Source of the DNA: a virus
Virus record (IMG/VR): IMGVR_UViG_3300025684_000012
Direction: 5' to 3' (one strand)
Length of the DNA: 64,000 nucleotides
Part shown: positions 48,092 to 58,293 of the stretch, in pieces
Position numbering within the stretch: the first letter of the stretch is position 1
How the letters are laid out: each line of letters starts with the position of its first letter
Program-made: the position numbers and the translations under genes
The notes under the pieces: model-generated
The model's input: only the letters and a program-made list of their open reading frames with translations
The model's database searches: none
Told to the model about the DNA's origin: nothing

Positions 48092-49012
48092 TTAGTTGTG
48101 AGTATCTTCGTCGAGGGTAGTTAAATCATGAGACGCGTTTAAAAACGCATCAAGTGTAGCTGGGGTAGTCAAGTCAACCAAATCCCCTAGTGTATTGAAC
48201 CCCTGATCCTGTAAGGACTGGAACGATTCTTGCTGATACGTTGACATCAAAGGTACTGAGCTAATAATAATATCAGCATCATTAACGTCTGTTTCTCTCA
48301 TAGTAAGTAAAGCATATTCTGGGTCAACGTCAATTTCAACCACGTTACCCATAACAATTGGATAATTTGGTATCTCCAATGGATCGACGGGAGCTCCGGG
48401 AACAATGGTTACATTTGCCGTTGATTGAGTTACCACCTCTGCCGACAAATACCATCCAGCTGGGTGTATGAACTTCTTATATAACGCCTCATAGTCAGAC
48501 AGAGACAATCCTGTTTTGATAAGAATAGAAAATATTTGATATTTCTTATCATCCTGAATAAAATCTAGATGCTGTGGGCCAATCAGACTGGGGCTGTTAA
48601 GTATGAAAATGTTTCTCTTTGGATATTCAATCCCCACATTTTCTTTGTAGAATGACTTAAAAAACTGTTCGGCAGATATCTGAGTTCCTTTCGCTCTATA
48701 TAAGGCAGATATCAATTTTGTCATTAACCGAGGGTTAGCTCCAAACTGAGTGTTATCTAACCCATCACCGATCTCGAATAATATATAATCCAAATACTCT
48801 AAAGAAGTGGATGATATATCACGAATATCAAACAATCCACGAATGGTATCATCGAATGATACTGATTCCTCACCGGTATACCGATAATAAGTCTCGAGGA
48901 ATGAAATTAGAGCTGGATACTCCTGAGCATAAAATTCCGGCAATATGTGAGAAACGATACTACGATGAAACTTAGTCGAAAGTCGTCTAGTATTATTTCT
49001 GAACACAGACAT
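48092..49012 (-). CDS. gp7: Baseplate wedge subunit (short gp7-like)
   Basis: LPEF...EYP..ISFLETYY, LYRAKGT, QDDKKYQIFS and FIHPAGW; follows gp6. Confidence 0.7.
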   Translation of the reverse strand: MSVFRNNTRRLSTKFHRSIVSHILPEFYAQEYPALISFLETYYRYTGEESVSFDDTIRGLFDIRDISSTSLEYLDYILFEIGDGLDNTQFGANPRLMTKLISALYRAKGTQISAEQFFKSFYKENVGIEYPKRNIFILNSPSLIGPQHLDFIQDDKKYQIFSILIKTGLSLSDYEALYKKFIHPAGWYLSAEVVTQSTANVTIVPGAPVDPLEIPNYPIVMGNVVEIDVDPEYALLTMRETDVNDADIIISSVPLMSTYQQESFQSLQDQGFNTLGDLVDLTTPATLDAFLNASHDLTTLDEDTHN

Positions 49013-50781
49013 TATATATCCTCTCTTCTACCAGTAACGCTAAGAGCGGCCGTGTCTAACGAAAGAATGAAATTCCTTGGTGGCGAAATGGTACTCGGGT
49101 TTGCTGGTACAGCGCTGACCTTTATTGTAGAGTTTTGATCTATAGTTAGAGCGTTAATATTCACCGTACCTGTTGCACTATTGTAATACCCTACGTTTAA
49201 CAGTATAGGGACATTCGACGTATTGAACAATTGCAATCTGTTGGAGCCAAGCTCGTTCTTAATTAAGACAGATTGACCATTACTTGTGAATACAGATGAT
49301 GTAATAACGTGAGTGTCCTTATCTGGAGACGCTAGCACTACTGGGTATGTTAGCGTATAGTCATGTGGTATGCCAGCGACTGTATTTGAAATACGCTGCT
49401 GCATCTTAACATCAACTCTAGAATTGAGGATAGCCTGAGAGAAGTCATCGATACGGGACAGTAATCTGGACCGTCTAAATGATGTGTTGAATGTCTCTAA
49501 ATTCTCGGAGAAATAATCTTGGACCAATTGGCTGACTTTTACTTCTAGCGATTGAGCTGTAGTGCTAGTCTTTGACGCGTCAATATTAAATTGTACGGTC
49601 AACTCAAGAAAGGCTATGTTAGGATCCACGAATTCTGTATCTATGGACATTATCGATATATTAGATGTTAATTGATCCTTAATAATCTGCTTGACTTCTT
49701 GCTGGGCCAGATTGCTCAAACCATCTTTGAATTTCAAAGAGGCAAAAACTGCTCCATATTTTGGTGGGTCGTTATCCTCACCGCCCCAAGCAACAACGTC
49801 TGATATATATTGAGAGAACGTCGATTTGATGAGAGTTTGATAGTCCTGTGCGGTAACCAATCTCTTTTGGGTAGTGTGAAGTGCTGGGGCATTTTTCTTG
49901 ATTGACGCGGTAGATTCCTTGCTGGATCCACCAGCCGCTTCTACTGCAGAGTTGACAATAATGGGATATTCAACGCCATTAACCAACAACAAGCTGCCCT
50001 CAAACTGTGAAGCTGTGTTAGCAGCAGCCCCTTTAGTCGATATATACTCGACCCTGATTTTATTTCCCGCTACAGGAGCTCTACCTAACACGTTACCGTC
50101 ACCGAAGAATAACTCATAGTGACCATTAGCAACTTCTCGCAGCATATATACCGTCGATTCCTCATTAACGGTTAGCGCGCGATCGATATTAACGTATGGT
50201 GTATAGTTTACAGTATTAAAATTGTCAAATACCTTAACCACTACAGTCGAGCTGTCTAGATTCTCATCTGGGATAACAAATACCTGATCGTCATCTTCAG
50301 CACCAACCACAAAGGTTCTTGCTTTCGGCTCGCCTTGCTTAACTTCAACGTCGAACGTATACGTACCCTCAACCTTCGGGGCTGATACATTATTAACGGT
50401 TCGAAATATATACGACACCTCATCAACGTCCGCTCGGAATTGGGTATATTCGGGCATTACAATTCTGCTCGGTCCACTTGGAGCTTCCACTGTGACGTTT
50501 AGGTATGCTGTCGCTGCCGTAGACGACTTCGGATAATACCCAAGCGCTTCAGCGTGTTGTAGTACAGAAGAACGCAGCTGTGCAGTTGACAGGAAAGACT
50601 CGTTGATTGCCATGTTGGCAGTCAATCCATTGATGTGTGTATTATATGCCAGCACATCTAGAATATTGGATAAGCCACTTGCCTCAAAATCATAGTCAGC
50701 AAACTCGTCGCTTTGTTTAAAGTAAGTCTTTAGTTTAGTTTTGATCTTCTCAAAATCTAAGTCGGATGTTGATATCGACAT
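49012..50781 (-). CDS. gp6: Baseplate wedge subunit
   Basis: LDFEKIK, DYDFEASGL..ILDVLAYNTH, ESFLSTAQLRSSV, RLVTAQDY and AWGGEDNDPPKYG. Confidence 0.96.
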   Translation of the reverse strand: MSISTSDLDFEKIKTKLKTYFKQSDEFADYDFEASGLSNILDVLAYNTHINGLTANMAINESFLSTAQLRSSVLQHAEALGYYPKSSTAATAYLNVTVEAPSGPSRIVMPEYTQFRADVDEVSYIFRTVNNVSAPKVEGTYTFDVEVKQGEPKARTFVVGAEDDDQVFVIPDENLDSSTVVVKVFDNFNTVNYTPYVNIDRALTVNEESTVYMLREVANGHYELFFGDGNVLGRAPVAGNKIRVEYISTKGAAANTASQFEGSLLLVNGVEYPIIVNSAVEAAGGSSKESTASIKKNAPALHTTQKRLVTAQDYQTLIKSTFSQYISDVVAWGGEDNDPPKYGAVFASLKFKDGLSNLAQQEVKQIIKDQLTSNISIMSIDTEFVDPNIAFLELTVQFNIDASKTSTTAQSLEVKVSQLVQDYFSENLETFNTSFRRSRLLSRIDDFSQAILNSRVDVKMQQRISNTVAGIPHDYTLTYPVVLASPDKDTHVITSSVFTSNGQSVLIKNELGSNRLQLFNTSNVPILLNVGYYNSATGTVNINALTIDQNSTIKVSAVPANPSTISPPRNFILSLDTAALSVTGRREDI

Positions 50782-51222
50782 TTATCGTAGCCTCGCAACA
50801 GTTACTGTCACTGTAACATCTTGGAGCGTATTAACGACTCTAAACTCGACAGTAACATTAGCAGAATTATAATCTGGTGAAAATTTAGCACTTACTTTTG
50901 ACACTCTTGCCCTCGGCTCATAGTTATCGATTGCTTCTCGTATTACTTGCTCAACATCACTCTCATCGGTTTCGGTGTCCAGAGAGAATATCAGTCGCTG
51001 CAGCCGAGAACCAAAGTATGGCTGAAACGGCTTTTCTCCTCTATTGGTAAGCAACAGGTTACGCACAGACTGTTTAACAGCAGCTGCGTCAGTCTTTTTG
51101 TAAACGTCACCCGAAGGTCTTTTCTCGAATGAGCAATCGACGTCTTTGTAGGTTCTAGATCTACTAGCGACGATCGGCTTATTCAACAAGTTACCATCTT
51201 CGATAGAAAATGCTTTTGCCAT
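50782..51222 (-). CDS. gp25: Baseplate wedge subunit / sheath initiator
   Basis: AVKQSVRNLLLTNRGEKPFQPYFGS and YEPRARV. Confidence 0.95.
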   Translation of the reverse strand: MAKAFSIEDGNLLNKPIVASRSRTYKDVDCSFEKRPSGDVYKKTDAAAVKQSVRNLLLTNRGEKPFQPYFGSRLQRLIFSLDTETDESDVEQVIREAIDNYEPRARVSKVSAKFSPDYNSANVTVEFRVVNTLQDVTVTVTVARLR

Positions 51223-51246
51223 AATCGTGTTAAACTCTTTTTTCTT

Positions 51247-51254
51247 TATTTATA
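51247..51254 (-). promoter_or_regulatory. Late promoter TATAAATA
   Basis: Exact consensus upstream of gp25. Confidence 0.75.
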
Positions 51255-52566
51255 CCGTTAAAGTGAAGGTGGTTGGTATACCAATCAGTTTTAATACGTC
51301 GCAAAAGTTGAGATCTAACAACGCAAGCAGCTTATCCAAACCTATAGCTTCCAAAAACTCCTTAACCTTCCTGATCCACTGAGCTATCAACTCTTTTTGC
51401 CATTGAGCGAACCATTCTTTAGCCTGTCTCATGAGATCTGCAATAAGCTCTTCTCCAGACTTGACATTCTCGTTAATAGGTCCACCTATAATGTCTATAA
51501 GTTTCTTGCCGAAGATCTCTACCTGCTCAAGCTCACTGATAATATACCCAGTTACGCTGAAGTTTTTCAGGTCTTCCTCCAGCTGCTTTAATTTGTCCGT
51601 TACTTTGTCTTCAATATCCTGGGCAGCATTTTCTACTTTGTTTTCAATATTCTGCACAGCATTTTCTACGTCCGCTGCAGCATTTTCTATGTCACCTACC
51701 ACTGCTTCAATTTGGTCTTCGATCTCCTTGAGCTTCTCAAGCGCTTTCTGCTCGAGTAATTCTATCTGCTCCTGAATGAAGGTTTCGAGGTCAAAGTCTA
51801 GCAACGCTGGTAGATCGGGTAAGCCTAATTCGTCCCATATTTCTTTAAACTCTTTAATCAGCTCTGCGAACGCTTTCCATAGAGCATTATTGAGCCAATC
51901 CATTATCTCACTCTTGATATACTGCCAAGTATACTTGGCTCTCCACTCATCGCATTTCGTTTGCCATCTTCCGTTAAACAAATCAGTAAAGGGCTCAGGT
52001 AGCTCTGGGATCTTTTCAAGAATCTGTGCTTTGATTCGGTCTTGTTCTTCCTGCGTAAATATTTTAAGTAAATCTATTTCAATACCAAGTATGTTGATAT
52101 TGAAGTCTATAGGAATAAGCTCACTAATTAACTCCAGTATTTTTACTGGGATATAAATGTGGTACTCTTGTATCAACTCATCCCAACAGTCTTTAGCTTC
52201 TTTCTGCCAATTGCGGATCTTACCTTTTTCCCAATAGGGAGATAACACGTCGGCAAACATATCCATCAACTCTTCGATATCTTTTATCAGAGCGTTTATT
52301 TGTTCGACGACTTCTGCTTGAAGCTCAGCTGCCCGCTCTATCAGTTGCTGTTTAAGTTTTGCAGGTATCTGTGCTATCTGGTTGAACGCATTGGTTAGAT
52401 CAGCTTTAGTTGGTAAACTATCACAGGGCACTTGGATTTCAATCGTAAGCGCCGCAGTATCGAATCCCAGCTCGCCAAGCGTAGCTAAACCTTCAGGTGT
52501 AGTGAACTTAAACTCCGTTTGGGGGGGTTCGGGTACGATCTTCTCCACCAGATTATCACTATCCAC
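51250..52566 (-). CDS. Hypothetical alpha-helical protein between gp5 and gp25
   Basis: 438-aa ORF rich in Glu, Leu, Ile and Trp with amphipathic helices. Confidence 0.7.
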   Translation of the reverse strand: MDSDNLVEKIVPEPPQTEFKFTTPEGLATLGELGFDTAALTIEIQVPCDSLPTKADLTNAFNQIAQIPAKLKQQLIERAAELQAEVVEQINALIKDIEELMDMFADVLSPYWEKGKIRNWQKEAKDCWDELIQEYHIYIPVKILELISELIPIDFNINILGIEIDLLKIFTQEEQDRIKAQILEKIPELPEPFTDLFNGRWQTKCDEWRAKYTWQYIKSEIMDWLNNALWKAFAELIKEFKEIWDELGLPDLPALLDFDLETFIQEQIELLEQKALEKLKEIEDQIEAVVGDIENAAADVENAVQNIENKVENAAQDIEDKVTDKLKQLEEDLKNFSVTGYIISELEQVEIFGKKLIDIIGGPINENVKSGEELIADLMRQAKEWFAQWQKELIAQWIRKVKEFLEAIGLDKLLALLDLNFCDVLKLIGIPTTFTLTV

Positions 52567-52573
52567 AATTCAC

Positions 52574-53194
52574 CTATGAGTTTAATTTTATATTTTCGCT
52601 AGCGTTGATATCAACATTCTTAGCGGTTAGTGTCACATCATTAACGCAACTGATAGATGCGTTACCTTGTACTATTATAGTAACATCTCCACTAACTAAT
52701 AGAATATCATCTTTTTTTACCACCGTCACGCGTGAGCCATCAGCTCGTAATTCGTAGTAGGTTCCACTTTTATGTTGCTCACGTATACGCTCTTTATCCT
52801 TAGTATCATCATATTCCTTATAATGTCCAGATTCAGTTTCGTATACTTTATTGAGTGGATAATTATCCAACGCCTTAGAATTAGTGTCTTCCTTTTTAGG
52901 AATACAACCGAGCACAAGAGGTAACTGTGAGTTTTGACCATCTAGGAATATTCCAAATACCTGTGTACCTTTTACTATACCTAGATTCTGTCCTACGCCT
53001 TTGTGTATACCAGCCGTCACAGGAACTGTTATTTGGGCCCACGGTAAGTGTTCATCGTCAATATTATCGTATACGCCGAGCGCTTTAACCTTAACGCGAC
53101 CAATTTTCAGCGGATCCTTTTCAACATCTACAACATGACCCACAAACCAACGTACAGAGTCACCATAAAAATCAACATAAGTCTTGGGTATCAT
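52574..53194 (-). CDS. gp5: Baseplate central spike, short form without lysozyme domain
   Basis: OB-fold WFVG.V....DPL..GRVKV...LPWA, YPLNKVYETESGH..EYDDT..ERI...H.SGT, then a short beta-helix. Confidence 0.88.
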   Translation of the reverse strand: MIPKTYVDFYGDSVRWFVGHVVDVEKDPLKIGRVKVKALGVYDNIDDEHLPWAQITVPVTAGIHKGVGQNLGIVKGTQVFGIFLDGQNSQLPLVLGCIPKKEDTNSKALDNYPLNKVYETESGHYKEYDDTKDKERIREQHKSGTYYELRADGSRVTVVKKDDILLVSGDVTIIVQGNASISCVNDVTLTAKNVDINASENIKLNS

Positions 53195-54507
53195 ACATCA
53201 CCATTTGATATTTTAACGCACGTCAAAGCTATAGTATATGCATCTCTAGAAATAGAATGCTTAGCTGAGTATATTAAGTAGTTCCCTGATTTCTTTTTGT
53301 CAAAGCGGTCAGAGCTCTTACCTTCATCATTTAAATTGGCTGGAAACATAACTTCCAGCTTATTACCTATAGTACTGTTACCCTCTATCTGTAAAAAATC
53401 GATACCGTTAACAATAATACTAAGTGGTTGTTTTCTGATTAATCCAACCATTGCTTGTTGAGTAGAATTCAATTTATATTGACCTACAGTTTCACTCTGG
53501 TTATATGAATCAAATCCCTCGAATGCTTGAGTGCTCGCTATTTGAGATATATGCCGACTCTGAATCTCGCCATACGGCGTACCGTTATCCTCGAAGTATA
53601 AACTAAACAGCGGATTCTTTTTGATTAAATCATCCTCAACCAATGTATCGGTAACATCGATCATGTTGTGTTTATGGTTAACAACTTCGTTATTGGTTAC
53701 GTCAATGAATTGATGGGTAGCACCAATAAGACCGCGGTCTATCAAACTATACAGGTTGTCGGTGTCTTTAACTTGGTAATCCATGATTATCCGTCTACGA
53801 GAAGTGTCATCGAAATTCTCGTCAGGGGAAGGTATAGCGGATTCGGTAAAGGTATACGGAGCGCCCTCGTTGATTGCTGGCTTTTCCAGCATTGTTTTAA
53901 GATCTACTAGGAATAGCTCTTCACCACCCAAATACGAATACAAGTAGAACGGGTAACCCTTCTCAGTGCTTATCTTGTTCTTAATCCAAGACATAGCGTT
54001 AAGTGGAGTAAGATTAGGAACAATCAGCTTCATTTTCTGAGGAGGTTCTGTACTAGCCTTTATAGTAGTATCTAGGAACTCAGACGCTATCTTAGCCATA
54101 ATCGTTGTTGGCTTACCGCTGTATGCCTTGTTGACGTTTTGTAGGTTAGAGCGGTAATTAACGGTCTGAGTCAAGTGCAGTGCTACTAGCTCATTAGTCT
54201 CGTTACCTTTAGCTGCCGTGATCACCTTATCGATATAGAATTGAATTTCTACAGGAACCGCTACAACAGTATTAGCCTTCAATACGATGTCTACTGTTTC
54301 AGCTCCACTGATATTGAGAGCCGATACTATATTGTCACCATCAGTGAACGAAAGAACTGCTGAGACATACGGCTTATCAATATGCTCGAAAATGTCTATA
54401 TCCGAAACAACGTTCTTTATATCTACCTGAATTGGGTTAGATGGACTCTGCAGTACTACACTCTCTATCAATATAGCGGTAGCTTTCTCAATAGCAAAAT
54501 TACCCAT
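53191..54507 (-). CDS. Putative baseplate hub protein (gp27-like)
   Basis: Between gp53 and gp5; IFEHI.KPY near the start and KKSGNYLI...H at the C-terminus. Confidence 0.6.
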   Translation of the reverse strand: MGNFAIEKATAILIESVVLQSPSNPIQVDIKNVVSDIDIFEHIDKPYVSAVLSFTDGDNIVSALNISGAETVDIVLKANTVVAVPVEIQFYIDKVITAAKGNETNELVALHLTQTVNYRSNLQNVNKAYSGKPTTIMAKIASEFLDTTIKASTEPPQKMKLIVPNLTPLNAMSWIKNKISTEKGYPFYLYSYLGGEELFLVDLKTMLEKPAINEGAPYTFTESAIPSPDENFDDTSRRRIIMDYQVKDTDNLYSLIDRGLIGATHQFIDVTNNEVVNHKHNMIDVTDTLVEDDLIKKNPLFSLYFEDNGTPYGEIQSRHISQIASTQAFEGFDSYNQSETVGQYKLNSTQQAMVGLIRKQPLSIIVNGIDFLQIEGNSTIGNKLEVMFPANLNDEGKSSDRFDKKKSGNYLIYSAKHSISRDAYTIALTCVKISNGDV

Positions 54508-55262
54508 TATGAACTCACAGCTTGGTTAAACATGGATACCACTCTATTAACCACAGCGGGTTTCAAGACGTTTATCTCCTTGAGTTTATCGTTTTCTTGT
54601 ACGTAGTATTCTAGGTTGGTTACTCTAACCTGGTTTTGACCTTCTCCGGTAAACGGTAGATAGTCAATTAACTCTCCATCTATACTATGGTAGCGTGCAG
54701 CTAGATGTTCCGGCGTAAAGTATTCCGCAGTGATAGATTCGTTTGTTTCAACGGAGGTAATTAGGTCTCCGTCTACTATATCATTCGGAGAAAAGGCAAC
54801 AGGAACATATTGCCCGTCCTGCAGCTTTCTGAGATTAGTCACCGTGATATCCCCTAACTTGAGGTTACGGTAAATTATATCCGCGCGAAGACCTGATCTA
54901 TTGCAGTGGATAGTCTCTCCTACAAGTAGCTTATCGTGAATTACATCATGAGTGTGGATAGTGTAGTCGGGAAAGTCTTTCTTTGCCTTCTGGAGAACCT
55001 CCTGTTGATTCAATGGCCATCCCTTTTCCCGCAAATTATCGTTGATCATAAACAAAACCCAATATAGGTGTGGGTCTTTATATAACTTAAAAGCCACCTG
55101 GTCTGGGCGCTCGCCCGTTATGATGTGGTACTGCTGATAAAACGCTCCATTGTTCTTAATGTCATCCATAATCTGAGCATAAGCAGCAAGATTTTGAGCG
55201 CGAGCAACCTTACCATCGCCAAATGAGTATAGAGTCTTCGGAAAGAAGCTGAAGTATGGCAT
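54507..55262 (-). CDS. gp53: Baseplate wedge component
   Basis: MPYFSFFP, GERPDQVAFKLY.DP.LYWVLFMIN...WPL and END.L..I.VLKP; likely start is the ATG at 55262. Confidence 0.88.
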   Translation of the reverse strand: MPYFSFFPKTLYSFGDGKVARAQNLAAYAQIMDDIKNNGAFYQQYHIITGERPDQVAFKLYKDPHLYWVLFMINDNLREKGWPLNQQEVLQKAKKDFPDYTIHTHDVIHDKLLVGETIHCNRSGLRADIIYRNLKLGDITVTNLRKLQDGQYVPVAFSPNDIVDGDLITSVETNESITAEYFTPEHLAARYHSIDGELIDYLPFTGEGQNQVRVTNLEYYVQENDKLKEINVLKPAVVNRVVSMFNQAVSS

Positions 55263-55263
55263 A

Positions 55264-56454
55264 TTAGTATCCTTGTGAAATAGAACGACGGTCCAGCGTT
55301 TTCTCTTCAATGAAGTTTAACGTTAGATCGATTTCTACCGGCTTACCATCTTTATGGAACGCCATCGAACCCGGGTTGTAGTTGGTAGCAATGTTTTTCA
55401 AGAAGCATTTGAGGAATTTGTGCCCCACCTGAACTTCCCCCGTTTTAGTTTTATACTTAATTTGGATATCAAACAGATCTGGGAACTTGTATCCTAGTGC
55501 AACAGAAGCGCCTACGGATTCGCCACCAACGTCCACAGAGCCACTAGCATCCAGAGTCTCGGGATATGCAGCAAAGCGAAATCTCCGTATGATATCTTCT
55601 ACCACCTTGGACTCTTCTTTAGACTTAGGGATGAACTTAAACTGGAAACTAAACTCTCGTAAATTTACGCCTTTGAACGAAGAACGTTGGTTTGGATTGA
55701 TAGTTACTCCGGCAGCAATAGAAGCCCCTTCTTGGACATTACCAGCTCCAGGGACCTTACTTAGCCCTCTTATCAATGCTAGTCTCGCCAAATCTCCAGT
55801 CTTAGCGCTACCAGAGAAAGTGTCTGACACCGATTTAAACCCTTGCGTTACAGCTGTGTCAAGTGCGCTCAATAGACCTCCACCTTGACTAACCATGGTT
55901 TCACCCATAGCTGCTCCTACCACTCCCAAGCTAGGGTTGTCATACTGCAAGTTATCGTTGAACGTTAACGCTACTGGGGTATACAGAGTAATGGGATCCC
56001 CCTTGCCTATCATGCGCCGTGACGTAATAGCCTGATCTTGGCTGGGATCTTGTCCACTGATGTTAGTGTCAACATTATCGTCATCTTTCCCAGTGAACAC
56101 GTCAACTAGAGCTTCAAAGGCGTCGCCTATAGCGTCGAAGAAACCACCAGAGCTTTCCTCAGCTGCGGATGATGCCGCTGAAACGGCTTCAGTCGACGAA
56201 CTTACCCCATCTTTTAACGCCTGCGCGGTAGCCTCACCAAATGTAGGTGCCTCAATTTCATATTGACTAAACTTAATAAACCCCTGATACCTATCAACGT
56301 TTTCGATAGGGTATCTCAGTGGACCACTTAGGATATCGTCGTCACTAAGAGATCCCGTCGCCGTTTTATCCAGAATTTCTTGTTCTTGTGCAGCTGTTTC
56401 ATCAGCAACTTCTGTTGGCGGCGTGCTTGTGTTAGTTTCAGCTTCTAATGCCAT
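55264..56454 (-). CDS. gp48: Baseplate tail tube cap
   Basis: INPN....FKGVNLREFSFQFKFIPKS..ES, C.L..I.TNY.P and G.PVEIDLTLNF.E. Confidence 0.85.
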   Translation of the reverse strand: MALEAETNTSTPPTEVADETAAQEQEILDKTATGSLSDDDILSGPLRYPIENVDRYQGFIKFSQYEIEAPTFGEATAQALKDGVSSSTEAVSAASSAAEESSGGFFDAIGDAFEALVDVFTGKDDDNVDTNISGQDPSQDQAITSRRMIGKGDPITLYTPVALTFNDNLQYDNPSLGVVGAAMGETMVSQGGGLLSALDTAVTQGFKSVSDTFSGSAKTGDLARLALIRGLSKVPGAGNVQEGASIAAGVTINPNQRSSFKGVNLREFSFQFKFIPKSKEESKVVEDIIRRFRFAAYPETLDASGSVDVGGESVGASVALGYKFPDLFDIQIKYKTKTGEVQVGHKFLKCFLKNIATNYNPGSMAFHKDGKPVEIDLTLNFIEEKTLDRRSISQGY

Positions 56455-56466
56455 GATAGACCTCGC

Positions 56467-56491
56467 TATAAATACTTGTTAACTATTTATA
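56467..56491. promoter_or_regulatory. Overlapping divergent late promoters
   Basis: TATAAATA on + at 56467-56474 and on - at 56484-56491, between gp48 and gp4. Confidence 0.85.
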
Positions 56492-56505
56492 ATCAAAAAT
56501 AAACA

Positions 56506-57024
56506 ATGAAGACATATAAAGGTAGGTACAAGCCTAAGAACCCAGCCAAGTATGCTGGGGATGCTGATAACGTTATATATCGTTCAATGTGGGAAAGGCA
56601 TGTGTGTAAGTGGTGCGATGATAACTCCAACGTAGTCGCTTGGGCTTCCGAGGAAGTTGTTATCCCATACATTTGCCAGACAGACAAGAGACCTCATCGA
56701 TACTTTATGGACTTTGCTATAGAGTTCAGTGATGGCAAGAAGATTCTGGTAGAAGTTAAGCCATTCAAAGAAACCGTCAAGCCAGAGAATAAACAGGGCA
56801 AACGTCGCCAAACGTTACTGAGCGAGGGGTTGACTTATATTAAGAACCAGTCGAAATGGCACGCAGCGAAAGAGTATGCTCTCAATCGAGGATGGCATTT
56901 TGAGATATGGACCGAGAAAGAATTGACGGCTTTTGGTATTATGCCAAAATCCACTCAGAAGCCTAAAGGCAGAGTTGCGTTGAAGCCGATGAGAAAGTTC
57001 TCGAGAAAGAAACCTAAAAAATAG
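56506..57024 (+). CDS. gp4: Head completion nuclease
   Basis: YKGRYKPKNPAKYAGD..N.IYRS.WE, WASEE..IPY, HRYFMDF, EVKP and NQSKW.AA. Confidence 0.95.
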   Translation: MKTYKGRYKPKNPAKYAGDADNVIYRSMWERHVCKWCDDNSNVVAWASEEVVIPYICQTDKRPHRYFMDFAIEFSDGKKILVEVKPFKETVKPENKQGKRRQTLLSEGLTYIKNQSKWHAAKEYALNRGWHFEIWTEKELTAFGIMPKSTQKPKGRVALKPMRKFSRKKPKK

Positions 57025-57025
57025 T

Positions 57026-57033
57026 TATAAATA
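57026..57033 (+). promoter_or_regulatory. Late promoter TATAAATA
   Basis: Exact consensus upstream of gp2. Confidence 0.8.
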
Positions 57034-57062
57034 CAATTACAATTTTCAACGCGGAGACACTA

Positions 57063-57653
57063 GTGTCTAATCTTTTTAACAAGCTGGAGATAGAAGCATT
57101 CCGTGCTGGTATTACGCCGCGAACACAAGAGTCGCGTAAGTGGTTCATGAATAAAATCAAGAACATGCGTAGTATCAATCGCGAGCAGCTGATGAAGACC
57201 GATCCACTACAGCCTAAGGGCAGTGAAGTGATCGGCTCGATGTATATGTTCTTTTATGATCCTAAGCACAAAGACACTTTGCCTTATTATGATGCGTTTC
57301 CACTAGTGGTGGTTATTGGTCCAGCTGAGGGTGGGTTCCTGGGACTGAATTTGCATTATCTTCCCCCAGCGCTGAGAGCTAAGCTACTTGACGGATTAAT
57401 GGATATTACAACAGATAAGAAGTTTACTAACTCAACAAGATTCAAAGCATCTTATAAGTTGCTAGCAGCATCAGCGAAGTTAAAGTATTTCAAGCCGTGT
57501 GTTAAACATTATTTAAACACTCATGTACGAGGTCAATTTGCGCTAGTTCCTGCTCCTGAGTGGGAGATTGCTACTTTTCTGCCAACAGCAGATTTCCGCA
57601 AAGCAAATAACTTTAAAGTATACAGCGACAGCAAGAGAATGATCAATGGCTAG
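57063..57653 (+). CDS. gp2: DNA end protector protein
   Basis: G.MYMFFYDPKHKDTLPYYD.FPL, GLNLHYLPP..RA.LL and KPCVKHYL. Confidence 0.95.
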   Translation: MSNLFNKLEIEAFRAGITPRTQESRKWFMNKIKNMRSINREQLMKTDPLQPKGSEVIGSMYMFFYDPKHKDTLPYYDAFPLVVVIGPAEGGFLGLNLHYLPPALRAKLLDGLMDITTDKKFTNSTRFKASYKLLAASAKLKYFKPCVKHYLNTHVRGQFALVPAPEWEIATFLPTADFRKANNFKVYSDSKRMING

Positions 57654-58278
57654 TATAGAACAACTAAAAACGCAGGTCAGTAGAGCAAACGGCCTAGCGA
57701 TGACTAATCAGTTTGCTGTTGAGCTACCCAACATCGGTAGATTCACTGGGCGGACACTCAACCTAATGTGTAAGAGTGTAACGCTACCAGGTAAACAGAT
57801 TACTACCAAAGATCTAACGATTGGCCTGTTCAACGAGAAGGTCGTTGATGGGTTCTTGGTAGAAGACGTCACAATGACGTTCTACGTCTTGAATGATTAT
57901 AATACCAAGTTATACTTTGATGAGTGGCGTAAGTTGATGGTGGATGAAAAGCGTGGCGAGGTTGGATACAAGAAAGATTACGCTAAAAGAGTTACCATCC
58001 ACCAGTTACGTAAGCCCGACGGGTCGGGTATCCTCGGTCAAGAGTACAGTAAGGAAATAAGCATTGGTGGTATTTTTAACATTGGATTCGACTTCTTCGC
58101 CAATGCTATATACACGGTTCAGTTGAATCAAGCGTTTCCAACATCTTTATCTTCAATTCAACTATCGAACGAACCTGATGGATTGGTTGAAATGTCAGTG
58201 CAGTTCTCATATACAAACTGGACTGTCAAGAAAGATTTATTATCAACGTTGAACCGTGGTTTGAAATTCGACATTTAA
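57646..58278 (+). CDS. gp54: Baseplate tail tube initiator (tube-fold protein)
   Basis: C.SVTLPG, .TFY....Y...FDEW, AFPT....I.L and V.FSY..W. Confidence 0.75.
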   Translation: MASIEQLKTQVSRANGLAMTNQFAVELPNIGRFTGRTLNLMCKSVTLPGKQITTKDLTIGLFNEKVVDGFLVEDVTMTFYVLNDYNTKLYFDEWRKLMVDEKRGEVGYKKDYAKRVTIHQLRKPDGSGILGQEYSKEISIGGIFNIGFDFFANAIYTVQLNQAFPTSLSSIQLSNEPDGLVEMSVQFSYTNWTVKKDLLSTLNRGLKFDI

Positions 58279-58293
58279 CAATAGGGTTATACA

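Noticed and set aside
55262-55310. N-terminal extension of gp53 given in the ORF track (likewise 62566-62617 for gp33)
   Set aside because: The extensions overlap upstream genes; family-like sequence and coupled start codons begin at 55262 and 62566.
464-56266. Many plus-strand ORFs of 60-240 aa (e.g. 13525-14247, 17395-17946, 18556-19095)
   Set aside because: They are antisense shadows of long minus-strand genes with biased codon usage, and show no RBS or recognisable motifs.
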